Numbered from the whole stretch's first letter, positions 26,201 through 38,790 are shown. The stretch is 56,236 nt of DNA, filler included, from Bipalium vagum (GCA_037834085.1; 3 parts of 3 records of this genome joined end to end with filler, not necessarily neighbours in it); one strand, 5' to 3'. Numbers and translations are program-made. Notes: generated from the sequence alone by a model not told the origin.

Positions 26201-27401
26201 TTAGAATAAATAGTAATTGCTGGTTATTAGTATTACCTCATTCAATTATACACTTAAAAGGTCTTTAGTATACTCATTTTATATTTTAAATCAATATGGA
26301 AATGTACAAAATACTTTTATTAAAAATTCTTAAAATATAAACCAGAAGAATATTATAATATATACAAACATATATTGAATTAAGAACAAGCATTTTGTGA
26401 GATTATTTTATAAATTCAGAGCATTATTAATCATATTAATGGAAAAATTAATAAAATCATTTTATTATATATTATTATAGAAAAACTTATTAAAATGTAT
26501 AACAATATTTATTCCTAAAAAAATATTAATAAATTAATAATAATTTTNNNNNNNNNNNNNNNNNNNNNNNNNNNNNNNNNNNNNNNNNNNNNNNNNNNNN
26601 NNNNNNNNNNNNNNNNNNNNNNNNNNNNNNNNNNNNNNNNNNNNNNNNNNNNNNNNNNNNNNNNNNNNNNNNNNNNNNNNNNNNNNNNNNNNNNNNNNNN
26701 NNNNNNNNNNNNNNNNNNNNNNNNNNNNNNNNNNNNNNNNNNNNNNNNNNNNNNNNNNNNNNNNNNNNNNNNNNNNNNNNNNNNNNNNNNNNGTTTTTAA
26801 TATTAAGGTTTTAAAATTATTTCAAAATCATAAAATAATGTTGAGGAGGCGTGATCAATATAATGGCGCATTACTTTTTATCATCGTCCTCCCATTTATT
26901 ATTAAACTTTAATTATAATAAAGATTTATAAGAATTCTAGACTAACGTTTTACATTTTGAGTCGCTTTTTATCAATGACTGATTTTGATTTTCTCGAATC
27001 TGTTTGAGTATAAGATGGTTTTGGAATTCAACAATGAACTTTTTCTCCAAATATTCTTCAACTTCATGGAAAGCTCGGTTAAAAATTAAATTATCTAAAT
27101 TGGATTCGTTCATCATTTTGATTTTCGTTCTGATAAATTTTCGTGTTTGATTACTGATGGAAATTGATGATAAAGAGTGATTTGGTCCAGTTTTTATATA
27201 TGTACGATAAATAGTTCGAATGAAACGCAAAGATGATTTTGCCGAATCAATTGGCATACGTTTTCTCAAATCTAAGTATGCTAAATAGAAATTGAGATTC
27301 TGCAATCCGGAATGTGGGTTTGTAATTTGGAGGAATTCTTTGAATTCGATAAATTTGTGAGAATCGTTTATCAGTTTTTGAAGATCAGTCGTTTCGGACA
27401 T
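23205..27401 (-). CDS. axin: Axin-like protein: exon 1 27401-26947 (RGS), exon 2 25067-24929 (GSK3-binding helix), exon 3 24878-24671 (degenerate beta-catenin motif), tentative exon 4 23338-23205; about 311 aa
   Basis: RGS with Axin-type signature (FIRTIYRTYIK..SNQTRKFIRTKI..LDNLIFNRAFHEV versus Axin1 LARAIYRKYI..KPATKSFIKGCI..IDPAMFDQAQTEI). The phase-2 splice AC|GTTAGT...TTTTCAG|T gives DPNKFHQMLTERLSQL (Axin1 EPQKFAEELIHRLEAV). A 50-nt phase-0 intron (24928-24879) leads to EADALSALDNQYKKI (Axin1 EENPESILDEHVQRV). Donor A|GTAAGT at 24670. Exon 4 is phase-compatible only. Confidence 0.85.
24055..24385 (+). mobile_element. Mariner N-terminal HTH remnant, antisense inside Axin intron 3
   Basis: YRYFSLYHFKLGFKAAESAK*INAVCGKKILKLRTAQFGFQRFKSRNESVEDEKRSGGPKKLNDDEL..LLKSLGYTKK. 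Confidence 0.88.
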
Positions 27402-27429
27402 AATAATTGTGTATTGAAAAGAAAAGGAG

Positions 27430-27535
27430 AGCCAATTTCAACTAAACCATCAAACATTAAATAGAATTGCTGTTTTTACTTCATTCTCATTGGCTGACGA
27501 CAAAGATTAGAACCACAGAAAACCAGCCAATCGCA
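27430..27535. promoter_or_regulatory. Putative Axin promoter with three CCAAT (NF-Y) boxes
   Basis: AGCCAAT at 27430-27436 (+), 27489-27495 (-, AGCCAATGA) and 27525-27531 (+, AGCCAATCG), all within about 130 nt upstream of the ATG at 27401. Confidence 0.6.
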
Positions 27536-28279
27536 CTATTAGTTGCGTCGCAGCATGAACGAACGTGAGGGAAAGAAAATTATTATTCTGAAGAAAAATT
27601 TTGTCGAAAAATTATTTTTTTTCTCTAAACATTTCCTTACATATTTTCTTACAGACTCTCTGCTCTATTACTATGGCCCATTGAATTTGAGCGCCAAATC
27701 ACTTCAATAGGTTACGATGAAAGTGTTGGTTCATTGTTTAAATGAATGCGTATTTTAATTAGAATTTTAATTGCTACTATTTATCAAATCAATGAGTAGT
27801 TTGTATATTTCATTTGCATGATCAATTTGCAGTATTTTGATTGAAGCTAGAAAATTGAGGATGAATATTTTTTTTAATATTAATTAGTTGATGCTTTGGG
27901 TTGGGGCCGGATCTCTATCGAGGTACCCATTGAAGCGAAAGATTGTGTTCCAGGTGAGCAGCTGTAATTGATGCAAAAAAGAATCCTCAATAAAATGGAA
28001 TTAAATCGATTTGTTAAAAATATGGAAATAATATTTAAATGATGTGTTAAAACGGATTTAATTTAAAACAGGCCCTTTGGTAATATGAGACTAGACGTAT
28101 TTGTATTTTCTAGGTCATATTAATAATTTGTATTGTAGACCTTTTTCTGGTTTTTTCTCTAGCATTGATATCAAAACAAAAAAAGGCGTCATATTTTTTA
28201 AAATTAATTTATCGAAATTATATTAATAATAAGTTGTTTTCAGTGTAGAAAATTAAATCCCTAGAAATTTTATTTTCAC

Positions 28280-28280
<1 letters not shown>

Positions 28281-28323
<43 letters not shown>

Positions 28324-28330
28324 TATTATT
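28281..28330. repeat. (ATT)n microsatellite
   Basis: Near-perfect trinucleotide run. Confidence 0.9.
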
Positions 28331-30596
28331 TTTATTATATTATATTATATTATTTTAGTTTGATTTTTTTCATTGTTTCTGTTTTGTTAATTTTTTGGTA
28401 TTTTAATGATTGCAAATGGAATTAAGGATTATTATTTTGTCATTTGAAACTCATCAAGTTTATGATATTTTTTATGTATAAATACCGATAAAAATTATTA
28501 CAAAAATAACAAACACGTAATTATTACATTAATATGGATGTATAAAAATAAAATAATATTCCCTTTCTTTTATCTATAATCCCTTTATGGATCTGATCCT
28601 TTTTCTCAGATAATCCTCTCAACGATATATATTACTTTAACATAAAATTTTATATATTTCTATTCTTAATCTTGTAAATTATAAATCTCTAATTCCAAAT
28701 ATACGAATTAATATTTGATATCTTCTCTAGTGCAATTAACATTTATTTCTTCTAGAATATTTTTGGGAATAAATCCGATAAAAACTGAAATATGCAATAC
28801 AAAAATAGAAATAAAACACAAAAAACTGTGTCATCTGAACATATTTTTATTTTAGACAATAAAAATAAAAACTTATAATTAATATCAAAAATCACTCCGA
28901 TTGCAGAAGACAATTACAGTATACATAACTGAAAGTGCTGTTCATAAAATTGTACATATCCTTTAAATGAGGTGGCTGAAATAAGAAAGAATTGGAGTTA
29001 CTGTATCTATCTCGTGTAAGTGAGGCTATTATTTACATTATTATTATATTACTCCAATAAAATAGAGATTTTTCAGTTCTCTCCAAAAAAATTAACTTTT
29101 ACAACGTACAAAGGTAAGAGAACTTTTAATTTTATTTTACCAAATCTTTAACATAAATATTTCATGAGTTATAAAACTCATTATCACCGTAATTTTGGAA
29201 ACTTTAACCAACGAAGTCCTAAACAAAGAAGTCATACGGGATTAAATCCATTGAAGAAGCCCTACCAAAAAATGGATTTGAGAATTTTTAATTCAACCAG
29301 TCACATCACTTCCCATTTAAGAGGCGCGCTTGCATTCAAAGTAAAACTGTGCTCTATGTAATTAACTTTCAAATCTGGATAAAATTTGTCTTAACCATAT
29401 CTAATAAACTGAAAATTATCAATATTTTTTTCAAATAAGAATCTCTAAATAGCACCAAATACATATCATGTATTAATTTTTAAGGATTATTATTATTATT
29501 ATTTATTATAGCATTATTTCTTCTTGATTATTTCTGATTACCCTTTAAAATTTGTTCTTCTCGAAAGGCATTATTTTTACTAATTTAAGTTTTATTATAT
29601 ATAGACGGTTTTGCTTAGACTTATGACATTAAGATATTAACATTTCTATACATAATATATAACAATATAAACATCAAAGTATCATTTCACTTTATACTAG
29701 AATATTTTGATGTTCTATCAACCATAGAATGATATGCACACAAGAAAATGTTGTGATTTTTGACTGTTATTTTTAATTTATTATTAGTAATTATTATGAA
29801 TTTCTAAAAAAGTAGAACACAAAAATATTGTCATTAAAAAATATTTGAATTAAATTAATTAAAGGAATTCGAAAATAAAAGTTACTAAAATATTAAATAT
29901 TAATGCTTGTAAAATGAAAATGAGCTGAATTTTATTTTTTTATTTTATTATTATTATAAATAAATAAAATTCCCTAAACTGGTTTCACAAAAATGTTAGA
30001 TCGATACCATTTCCAATAAGTTATAATATTTCAACCTAGAACAAGACTAGAAAAATTATAATATTTGATTTTTTTTTAATATTAAATAAAGAAAATATTA
30101 CATTGTTTAATATTTTTATTCTCTTAAAACCAAGTAATTAGAATTTTTAACAATATGAGAAAACATCTGAATAATAACTATCTTTTATTAAAGAAAAAAC
30201 TGATATTTTACTTCAATTAAATACATTTCATTCGCGTGTAAGAATTCCCTTCAAAATTGCTCCTAGTATTGTAAGAAGTCCTAGGGGACTTTCTAAGTTT
30301 TTTTTATATTCAGCTTGAAATGTGTTGAAATGCGTTGTTGTTTAAATCGTCCGTAAATTTTTAGTGAATAAGAAAATTTTCAATCTATAACTAAAACGTT
30401 ATGAATTATAATAAGGTTCTCTGGGAAAGAAATATAATTACCTGGAAATATTAGAATTGTGATCTTTCTTTACCTTTGCTGTTTCTCTTTACACTTTTCC
30501 CAAGCTTAATACGATTAACTCACGAAATATATGGGATCTAAAATCCTAATAAATCATATATAAACTTCCTGAGTAAAATTAGTCTGAAGATATTAG

Positions 30597-30809
30597 ATTG
30601 CAGATTTGCGTGCAATGTTCCATCGCTAGTAGTGATTGACGAGTTGTTCAATTTCTCAAGCAGATGCCATCTCCGAGGTGATACTATAGCAAGACAGGCA
30701 GAAAATCCTCTGTCAATCATATTAACCTTCAATTGTCTCCGCCAGTTAGAGATTTATGAAGAAATATCTTCGCGGTTTAGTAACATTGTGGAACTTTATA
30801 AATTATGTG
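30597..30809 (+). other. Candidate internal exon (phase 1/1, 213 nt), product unknown
   Basis: GC-richer island open for about 90 codons (DCRFACNVPSLVVIDELFNFSSRCHL..ELYKLC), bounded by tattag| and G|GTAAAT. Confidence 0.3.
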
Positions 30810-31599
30810 GTAAATCAATCAAAAAGAATTTGTTTCTATTTATACATTATAATTATCATAATAATAGTATTATATTTATTAGTAGAATTTATTTGTAATG
30901 TTCAATTAATTAATTATTCATTTTTTTATTATTTTTATATTTTGATTATTCTGTGATTTATTAATTTATAATAATAAATTTAATAATATAATTTATAATT
31001 TTAATTAATTATTCATTTTTTTCATTATTTTTATTTTTTGATTATTCTGTGATTTATTATTATTATAAATTATTAGAATATTTTTTTAAAACCATAATAA
31101 CAATTTTAAGATCTCTATAGTCCTTATCTTAATATCAAGTATTTTTCATGTTTAATTTAAAATTTATCATAATTTTAATAAATATTTTTATATCCATAAT
31201 ATTTATATTTTATAATTTTTTAATAATATTTATGATATTTTTTAATTATTTTTTTATTTGAAGTATAAAAAGTATTTTACAATTGCTAGTTTTAATTTTG
31301 TAAATAAAAATAAAACATTAAAATATTTTTAAAAATTCATGCAAAATGATTAATATGGCAAATTAAAAGTCGAAACATTTTCCGATTAAAGATTATTATT
31401 TTATATATAAATTTAAAGCTCATTTTCGACTTAATACTCTGGTACCTACTTGTTTAAATGCATTGATGTATTTATTTATTTTTTAATTTAGAAAACTTTC
31501 AAAACCAGAACTTCTGATTATTTTTTTACATGAATTCAAAATTGTAATCAATACTGTGAAAGCAGAAAGAAAAAAAGGCGCGGTGTCCTCAAGAACATC

Positions 31600-31945
31600 A
31601 GAACGGTAAAACCAGACAAATGCCGAACAGCTTTGAAGGATACAAACAGCGTAGTCAACCGAAAAAGTCATATTTGCCTTCATAATAATACTAAGCAACT
31701 TAACATTACCCATAAAAAATTGTGTAACCTTAACTATGAAACACTTGATTCTGCATTATGTTCATCAAACTTAGCACAAACAGATTTTCACTTGTTCAAA
31801 CAACGGGAGATATTTATGTTTCGGAGGAGTTTCAAAAATGACGAAGATCTAAAAAACTTTTTAGAAGTTTTTTTCCTCTAGAATTCCGAAATATTTTACA
31901 GTTCAAATAAATATGTTTATTTCCCATTGGCAGAAGTGTCCAAAG
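31600..31945 (+). mobile_element. Mariner C-terminal remnant
   Basis: VVNRKSHICLHNNTKQ..HKKLCNLNYETLDSALCSSNLAQTDFHLFK..SFKNDEDLKNF..HWQKC resembles LVNRKGPILLHDNARPH..YSPDLAPTDYHLFK..RWQKC. Confidence 0.85.
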
Positions 31946-34009
31946 AAATATATTTTGATTGCTTAAGTTGTGCTAAATTGGGCTATTATATTTTAAAGTA
32001 TTTGATAAAAATCTTCCATTATTCTGGCATTAAAACCTAATATTATATGACTTTAAAATACTTTAATATTAAAAATAAAATTAATAATAATAATAATAGT
32101 ATAGATAATATTATTAATAATTATTATCATTGTAATAAATAATAATTAATAGTAATGATAATAAAAATAAAATTATTTTATTTACCGGAAATTTATTTAG
32201 ATATTTTATAAATCAATTTGTTTTAATCAAATGAACATATTCTAAACGAAACAAAATGAAAAACGAAAACACGAGAATTTTTTGAATAATGAATTCTGAT
32301 TTCCATTGATAATTTTCAAAAAAATCACAATCAAATATAATTATATTTACGGTTGATCAAATTATTAAAATTGATTAAATATAAATTATTGATCACATCA
32401 TTAACAAGAAATTGACATAAAAACGACTGCTCTGAATGATTTAATTGTGGAAGTGTATTGATTGACAATTTCCATTGGTTCCGACAAAGTTCAATTGATC
32501 CGGAAAGATTTTAATCTGAACAATTGAATCGTAATAAGAACAATAATTATTATCAATGATTATTTCCGACACTTCAGAACAAAACAGAAAGTTCATGAAA
32601 TTATTATATACATTTTTTATAAAGCCCTTACTTAATATCGTATGTCTATCTTATTCAGTTGACATCTTACCGAGGGGATATATAAAATCAATGAAATATA
32701 TCAATATCTCTTTATGTAGACAGTGATTTAGTTCTCGGAAATGAAGTGTTTCAAATTCTCCTCCTTGGGGACTGTAAGTAAATTAAAACATTATTAACAG
32801 GTGTCAGTCAACATATCCAAAAGACACGAAGAAACTACAACAGAAACAAGTTGAACTGAACAAACTTTGTCTGTATAACTGAGAAAAGTCTTGTAACATC
32901 TTCTCTCTGTCAAAGAAATGCTTGTCACAGAATGAGCAATTCTTTCAAGTGAAAAATTTTACCTAATATTTCAATCATTTTGTTTTTCGAACGACTTCCG
33001 GCTTTGCCTGGAGGCAGGAAACCGTGGCTAAATAAAATCATGCCTTTTCCCGATTAGATTTGTAACTTAAGGCCAGCACTAAATTGCATTGAGGTGATTA
33101 GTTTGGAGATTTGTTTTTTTTTCAACTATCAATTAGAACTCATTGTATATAAATATATATTGTCAAGGAAAATAGTTTTATTTGATTTTTTGTCTTTATA
33201 AAAAAATTAGCCAGAAGACAAACTTTGTTTAAATTAATTAATTAAATTTTTTTGAAATTATACTTATTAAGATTTAATAACCATTTCAAGGCTTTACTAT
33301 TTCTTGTAATATTTCTTGTTTTATTTAGTTCCCTTTGTATTTTTAGATCAATTGTTTTGTTTTTCTGACAAAAAAAATATTGATTTTTAATTATTGAAAT
33401 CATTTAATTATAGATATTATATAAATAGAATCCTTAAATGAGTAAATTTTCTGTGAAAAATAATTTCAAGACATTATTTTTCAAAACTTTCATTTCAACC
33501 TTGTTTGTTTCAAAGAATTTTTGTATAATTTTTACAATACTTAATGGAAAACTTTAAACTCTTGAAATTTATCATCAGTTCAATGAAAATAAAAAAATAA
33601 TATTAAATAAAATGTTTGCTTAATTTTAAGATAATTAAAACAAGTGAATACGATTTCTAAGTAATTTAAATTTTAACGATAACTTATTAATTATTTTTTT
33701 AATTGATGATTTTTTATCTATTATATTCCTAATTACTTTCATCTTTCTTAAAAATTAAAACAAAAAAATAATTAATTAATCTGAGTAATTGTCCTTTATT
33801 GAACAATTTTCGCAATGAGATTATTATGACATTTTAGTTAGTTCAGAAATTTTTGATAAAGATTAGAGTTTTACAGTTTTAAAATATAAGGTTTTCCATT
33901 AAGGACGATGCATTTTGTTTTTCGAATAAAAAGACTTTGATAAAACTTGAATATGAATAGAATATGAATAACATTTTTATTACAAACTAAAGTACACAGA
34001 TTACCATTA

Positions 34010-34925
34010 ATTATGGACCTCAACATCACTCATATGTCCGCCTAGAACATGTTTGCAGATGTTTATTCGTTAAATCAGATTTTCTATACTGATTTTACAC
34101 AAATCAGATGAAATTCCAGCAATAGAGTTTTCGATTTTGATAACTTCCAAAGTGTCTGGCTTGTTGCTGTAGACCATTGATTTGAAATATCTCCAAAGAA
34201 AAAAGTTAAGGGGTGTCAAATAGCACGCACAAGGCGGCCAATTGACTGGTTCATTTCTTGAAATAAGAGGCTCACCAAACTTTGATTTCATTAATTGTAT
34301 TGTTTGACCAGCTGTGTGGCATGTAGTGCCGTCTCGTTGAAACCACAAGTCACACAACTAAAGATCTTTTGATTGCAGAAAAATATATTCCTTAAAAATG
34401 GAGTGATTTCTTTCTTCATCTACTTTAACCGGTTTTCCATAATCATTGATGAAGAAGTACGAACCAATAATGCCTCCACCATGAAAGCCTCACCAGACAA
34501 TGACTTTTTGTAGATATAATGGCATCTTTTTAATTACTTCTAGGTTTGAGATTGACCAAATTCTACAATTTTGCTTATTTGTAAAGCCATTGAGTCAAGA
34601 ATGAGCTTCATCACAGAAGATTACTTTCTGATAAAAATCAGTGGCATTTTCAAGGTTTTCCAAAATTCATTTTGTAAATAAGAGGTCATTCGGATTTAAT
34701 TCTTGATTCAGTTTGATCTTATATGGATATAAGTCTAGGTCCGCATGCAAAATCCACTATAATTATGTTTGAGAAACACCAAATTCCTGAGAACGGCGCC
34801 AAATCGAATAATTTGGATTTATTTTAATGGACATTCTAACAACCGTAATATTTTTTGCACATCGCACATTGGTTTGTCTTATTTAATTCTTAACATTGAT
34901 AAGCGAATATTTTGACTCAAACTCT
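34010..34925 (-). mobile_element. DD41D (rosa/VS-type) transposase pseudogene
   Basis: VIFCDEAHS*LNGFTNKQNCRIW..KVIVW*GFHGGGIIGSYFF..WFQRDGTTCHTA..LISRNEPVNWPPCACYLTPLNFFLWRYFKSMVY..GGHM, the motif set typical of DD41D elements. Confidence 0.88.
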
Positions 34926-35887
34926 TAAATTTGACCCTGCAAAAATTGAACTACCTTAGCTAAAAAACCTTGCCTCATCAACATTATTCGTCAAATTTTA
35001 CGTCAATGGATTACTATTTCAAGCATTTCAACAACTTCCCTTCAAGAAAATTATCAAAAACCAGAATGATACTAAAACGGTCTTCAAGGTGTTAGTCAAC
35101 TCCAGAACTCCTAATTTTTATGTTGTTTAAATTAACAAAATTGTTTCTATATGGTAAGTCTCTAAATAAACGAATTTATTTTAATTAATATACTTTATTA
35201 TGAAATGAATTACAATCTAGCCCATGTTAGTCGGAATTGATTGGAATCTCATAAATCCTCCGATTTATGACAAATACGACTTATATCAAATAGATTGTTT
35301 TTGAATTATACTTTGTTATTTGTTAATTTAATATAAAACAAAAATATATAATTTCATTTTTCGTTATGGCAGTCGGTTATCAATTTTGGATGGCCGGATA
35401 GTTACAAGCGTCTTGACAGAGAATTAGCATATAATTCAGAAACATAAAGGAATATAAAAACAAAACCACTAAGTTATAGTCATTTTTTTCCAGAAAGTCC
35501 ATAACTGATCTTTGCTTCTTCGAAAGCTTAATAATAAATGCTTCAAATCTCTTTTTTAATTTACTCACTTCATCAACGAACAGTTTGTAGTCTTTTGCAA
35601 AGATAAAAGGCATAACAGTTTAAGTAAATGGTTAACTTCTAGTATTGTGATATTAACAGTTCATCAATTTCGACTTCTAATTCACTTACATCGTCATCTG
35701 TCTGGTTCAGATTTAAAACAGTCTTCGATTCTCCTTCTGATAATTCTGTCAAGGTTTTGGTACACTCATCACCAGAATGAATTTTTTTGAGACAGCTGGT
35801 CGAGGAAAATATCTCGCAGTCTGTCTTAAATCGTACAAAATTCTTGCTTTTCTGGTTTTTTGGTTGCATTTTACAGGAAACTTTGTT

Positions 35888-37010
35888 CTTATTACAATCA
35901 AAAGTCTGTATGTCCAAAATATGTGATTTGAATGCTTCTACAGCCTGTTCGGGACATGAAGATCATTGACCACGCTGTTTTTTATGGAACCAAATGTGAA
36001 GAAGTCATTTGGTGCCAAATCAAGATTAGATGGATGGCTTAATAATTCAACATTTTGAGTCCTCAAAAATTCGATTGTTTTATGGACTATATGTGAAATG
36101 GTATTATCATGATGAAGCATAATGAAGCATTTTGAGTTGTTTTTTCTCCATTTGTTGAGGACTTCAAGCAAGCAAACTGTGGTGTTCCAATTCGAAGTAA
36201 CTTTACGACGATCATCTAAAGAAATTGTAGCGACATGAAGTGATTTGGCTACGAAACATACAACAATTTGCTTGGAGGTGTTCCGAGATCGAACAACTTC
36301 TGTTGGTAATTTTTCTTCCTGAATGACCCAAATAGTTAACTGCTGTTTTGTTTCTGGTTCATATGAATAAATCCATGATTCATCGCTACTGACGATGTCA
36401 TAAACATGTTTTGAGGTTCCCTGCCTAAATTTATCAATAACAGTTTTGGAACAATTAACGAGATCTCGTTTTTGATCAATTGTAAAGATATTTTGTATCT
36501 TACGAAAACATAGCTTTTTAACACCCAAGTATTCATGTAAAATAGAATGGATTATGGTCAATGATGTCTGAATTTCATCATATGTTGTCCGACGATCTTC
36601 TTCAATTAATTTCCGAAAAATTTCAATATTTTCATCGGATACACTTGTTTTTGGATGACCTTCAATGAAATTATGACCCCAAGAGAGGCCCCAGACTTAA
36701 GTTCATGAAACCATCGATACACTTTAGTTTTCGATCGAGCATCATCAGGAAATGTCAAATTTAGGGGATTGAGAGATTGATGTTGTGTCAATTCGCATCG
36801 GAAATCATATAAAATCATTTTTCAAAACTTTTCCATTGATAGATTCATATTTTCCGCTTTATATCATATTTGAATGTAAATATTTATTTAAACAAATGCG
36901 ATTTTTATTATTAGATAAAAGTAATAGAATTAAAATTTTAGGCTCATATTTTTGATTTTTTACTAAACCTTTCCATATTCTCCATTACAAAAACTTTTCG
37001 ACTGCAACTA
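35888..37010 (-). mobile_element. Near-full-length mariner (DD34D) pseudogene, 3'-truncated
   Basis: ATG at about 36849 (MNLS..MILYDFRC..VYRWFHEL), DIVSSDESWIYSYEPETKQQ, IMLHHDNT, DLAPNDFFTF. Degenerate left TIR at about 36985-37010 (aaaacttttcgactg). Similarity to the 9045-9511 copy stops at 35888. Confidence 0.92.
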
Positions 37011-38790
37011 GAGGCAAGAATTTTTGATTTGAACTTTATTATTTGAATTTTATTGATCATTATTCACTGTTAACCAGAACTCTGTGCCATTTTTCAATAT
37101 ATATCCTCCTTTTTATAAGGTTTATTTTAACAGTCCAGATAATTAGTAATATATATTAATAAATTTTAATCTCGTTTTTTCACAATTCTGTTTTTTAATA
37201 TTAATAATACTAAATTTTTATTTTTAAGTTTTCTAATTTTAAAGTTTGAATAGAGCTTTATAGTGGATTAATTTTTTTACTATTAATTAACTCAATTTTT
37301 ATTAATGTTAATTAATTATTTTATAATAAAATTTTTATTATTATCTCAAAAAACGAATTTATTATCAATTCTATTTTTTGCTAGTTATTTATAATTATGT
37401 TTTTATTATTGTTTTTATTTTAAATAAGCTTAGCATTAACATTATTATATATTTGAGTTTGGAGGCTTACATAAATCACAAAATTGAGAATACCAATAAA
37501 AAAATTAATATATTTTTATTTTATTTCGGACTAAATTTGCAAATACAATTACAAAGAGAGAATAAAGAGTAGATATAACATGTTTAAGGGAAAATGAAAA
37601 AATTTTTTACATGGTTAAATCCGATTAATTTTTCTTTTTTGTTGTTATTTTGTTTCTTGACTTTTGGCGATTTTGATATTTTATAGGTGATAATTTATAA
37701 GGGTCTTTTTCAATGTCAAAGGAAAAAAGAAAAACAAAGCAATATATAAAATTAACCTACTGACTTAAATTTGAATTCATCCACTATCTTTTAATATTAT
37801 TTTAACAATGATTATTTTACTTAAAATACAGTTAAATTGAAGCTAAGTGCCTTTATGTAAAATTAGCAATTATTTTCTCGCCAATCCAAAATTATATATT
37901 TAATAGTAAATTATCGGGTATATTATATATAATAATTTATCTTGTATTAATCATATATTTAGACTCAAACTCTTTGCTACCAGAAATTTAGGTTAAATAA
38001 ACGTCTGCATGTTACAGGTTTAACTATATATATCAAAATGGATTGTATAAGATTTATATAACATAAAACATGAATCTTAATCCTTCCCTTGTACCTAACC
38101 AGAAAACATCAAAATTGAAAAGGATATAAAATGGATAAATGAAGACTTTGATTTTTATTACCTTTCGGAAATACCAGATCAATAAAATTTTTCATTCTCT
38201 GAGCTCTCAGTTATAAGGTTTATATTGGAATTGGGTTTTCAATTTCTGGCTTATTTAAGGTTTTATTATAAAACAACAATAAATATTAATTACTAATTAC
38301 AAAGATTTAAGTCAGAAAATAAGATAGAAGTTAGAGATTTTTCTGAAAATTTGACTGATTTATTTTAAATGTATGAAAATGTCAAAATATTTTGAAACCA
38401 AAGGCAGAAAAACGAAGCAGGAAATTGAGGATTTAATTTTATTGTCACAATTCAATCATAAAAAATTTATACATATTGTAATATTTTTTTAAAAATAAGG
38501 ATCAAAGAAAAAGAATATTGCTGCTTTTAAAAAGATCTAATAATATTATATTATTATTATTATATTCGCAAAGTTCAGCCAAAAATCCATTTGTTGAATT
38601 TTAAACACTTATAATAAAATTAATTATTAATAATTTAATTTTTCATTCCAGATCAATTATGACACGATTAAATGAGAATTCGCTCTCAGTTTTTGGACGC
38701 TATCAAATAATCCAAAAGGAAGTTCAGACACCATAGCCAGAAGACGAATAATCTCAAGACGAATAACGGACCATTAACTTTAGGATCCAG

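Noticed and set aside
26937-27401. Stand-alone 154-aa RGS protein as given in the ORF track
   Set aside because: A phase-2 donor before the stop links it to downstream Axin GSK3 and beta-catenin motifs, so it is exon 1 of Axin.
30905-31060. About 57-nt imperfect direct repeat
   Set aside because: Low-complexity AT-rich local duplication with only two copies; not CRISPR-like or LTR-like.
32720-32800. EVFQILLLGD (small-GTPase-like) followed by a 27-nt GTAAGT..CAG segment
   Set aside because: No GxGK continuation or other G-boxes found; splicing gives an early stop, and a rival minus-strand exon reading is equally plausible.
35380-35480. KASH domain at the end of ORF 35613-35380
   Set aside because: No terminal PPPx motif.
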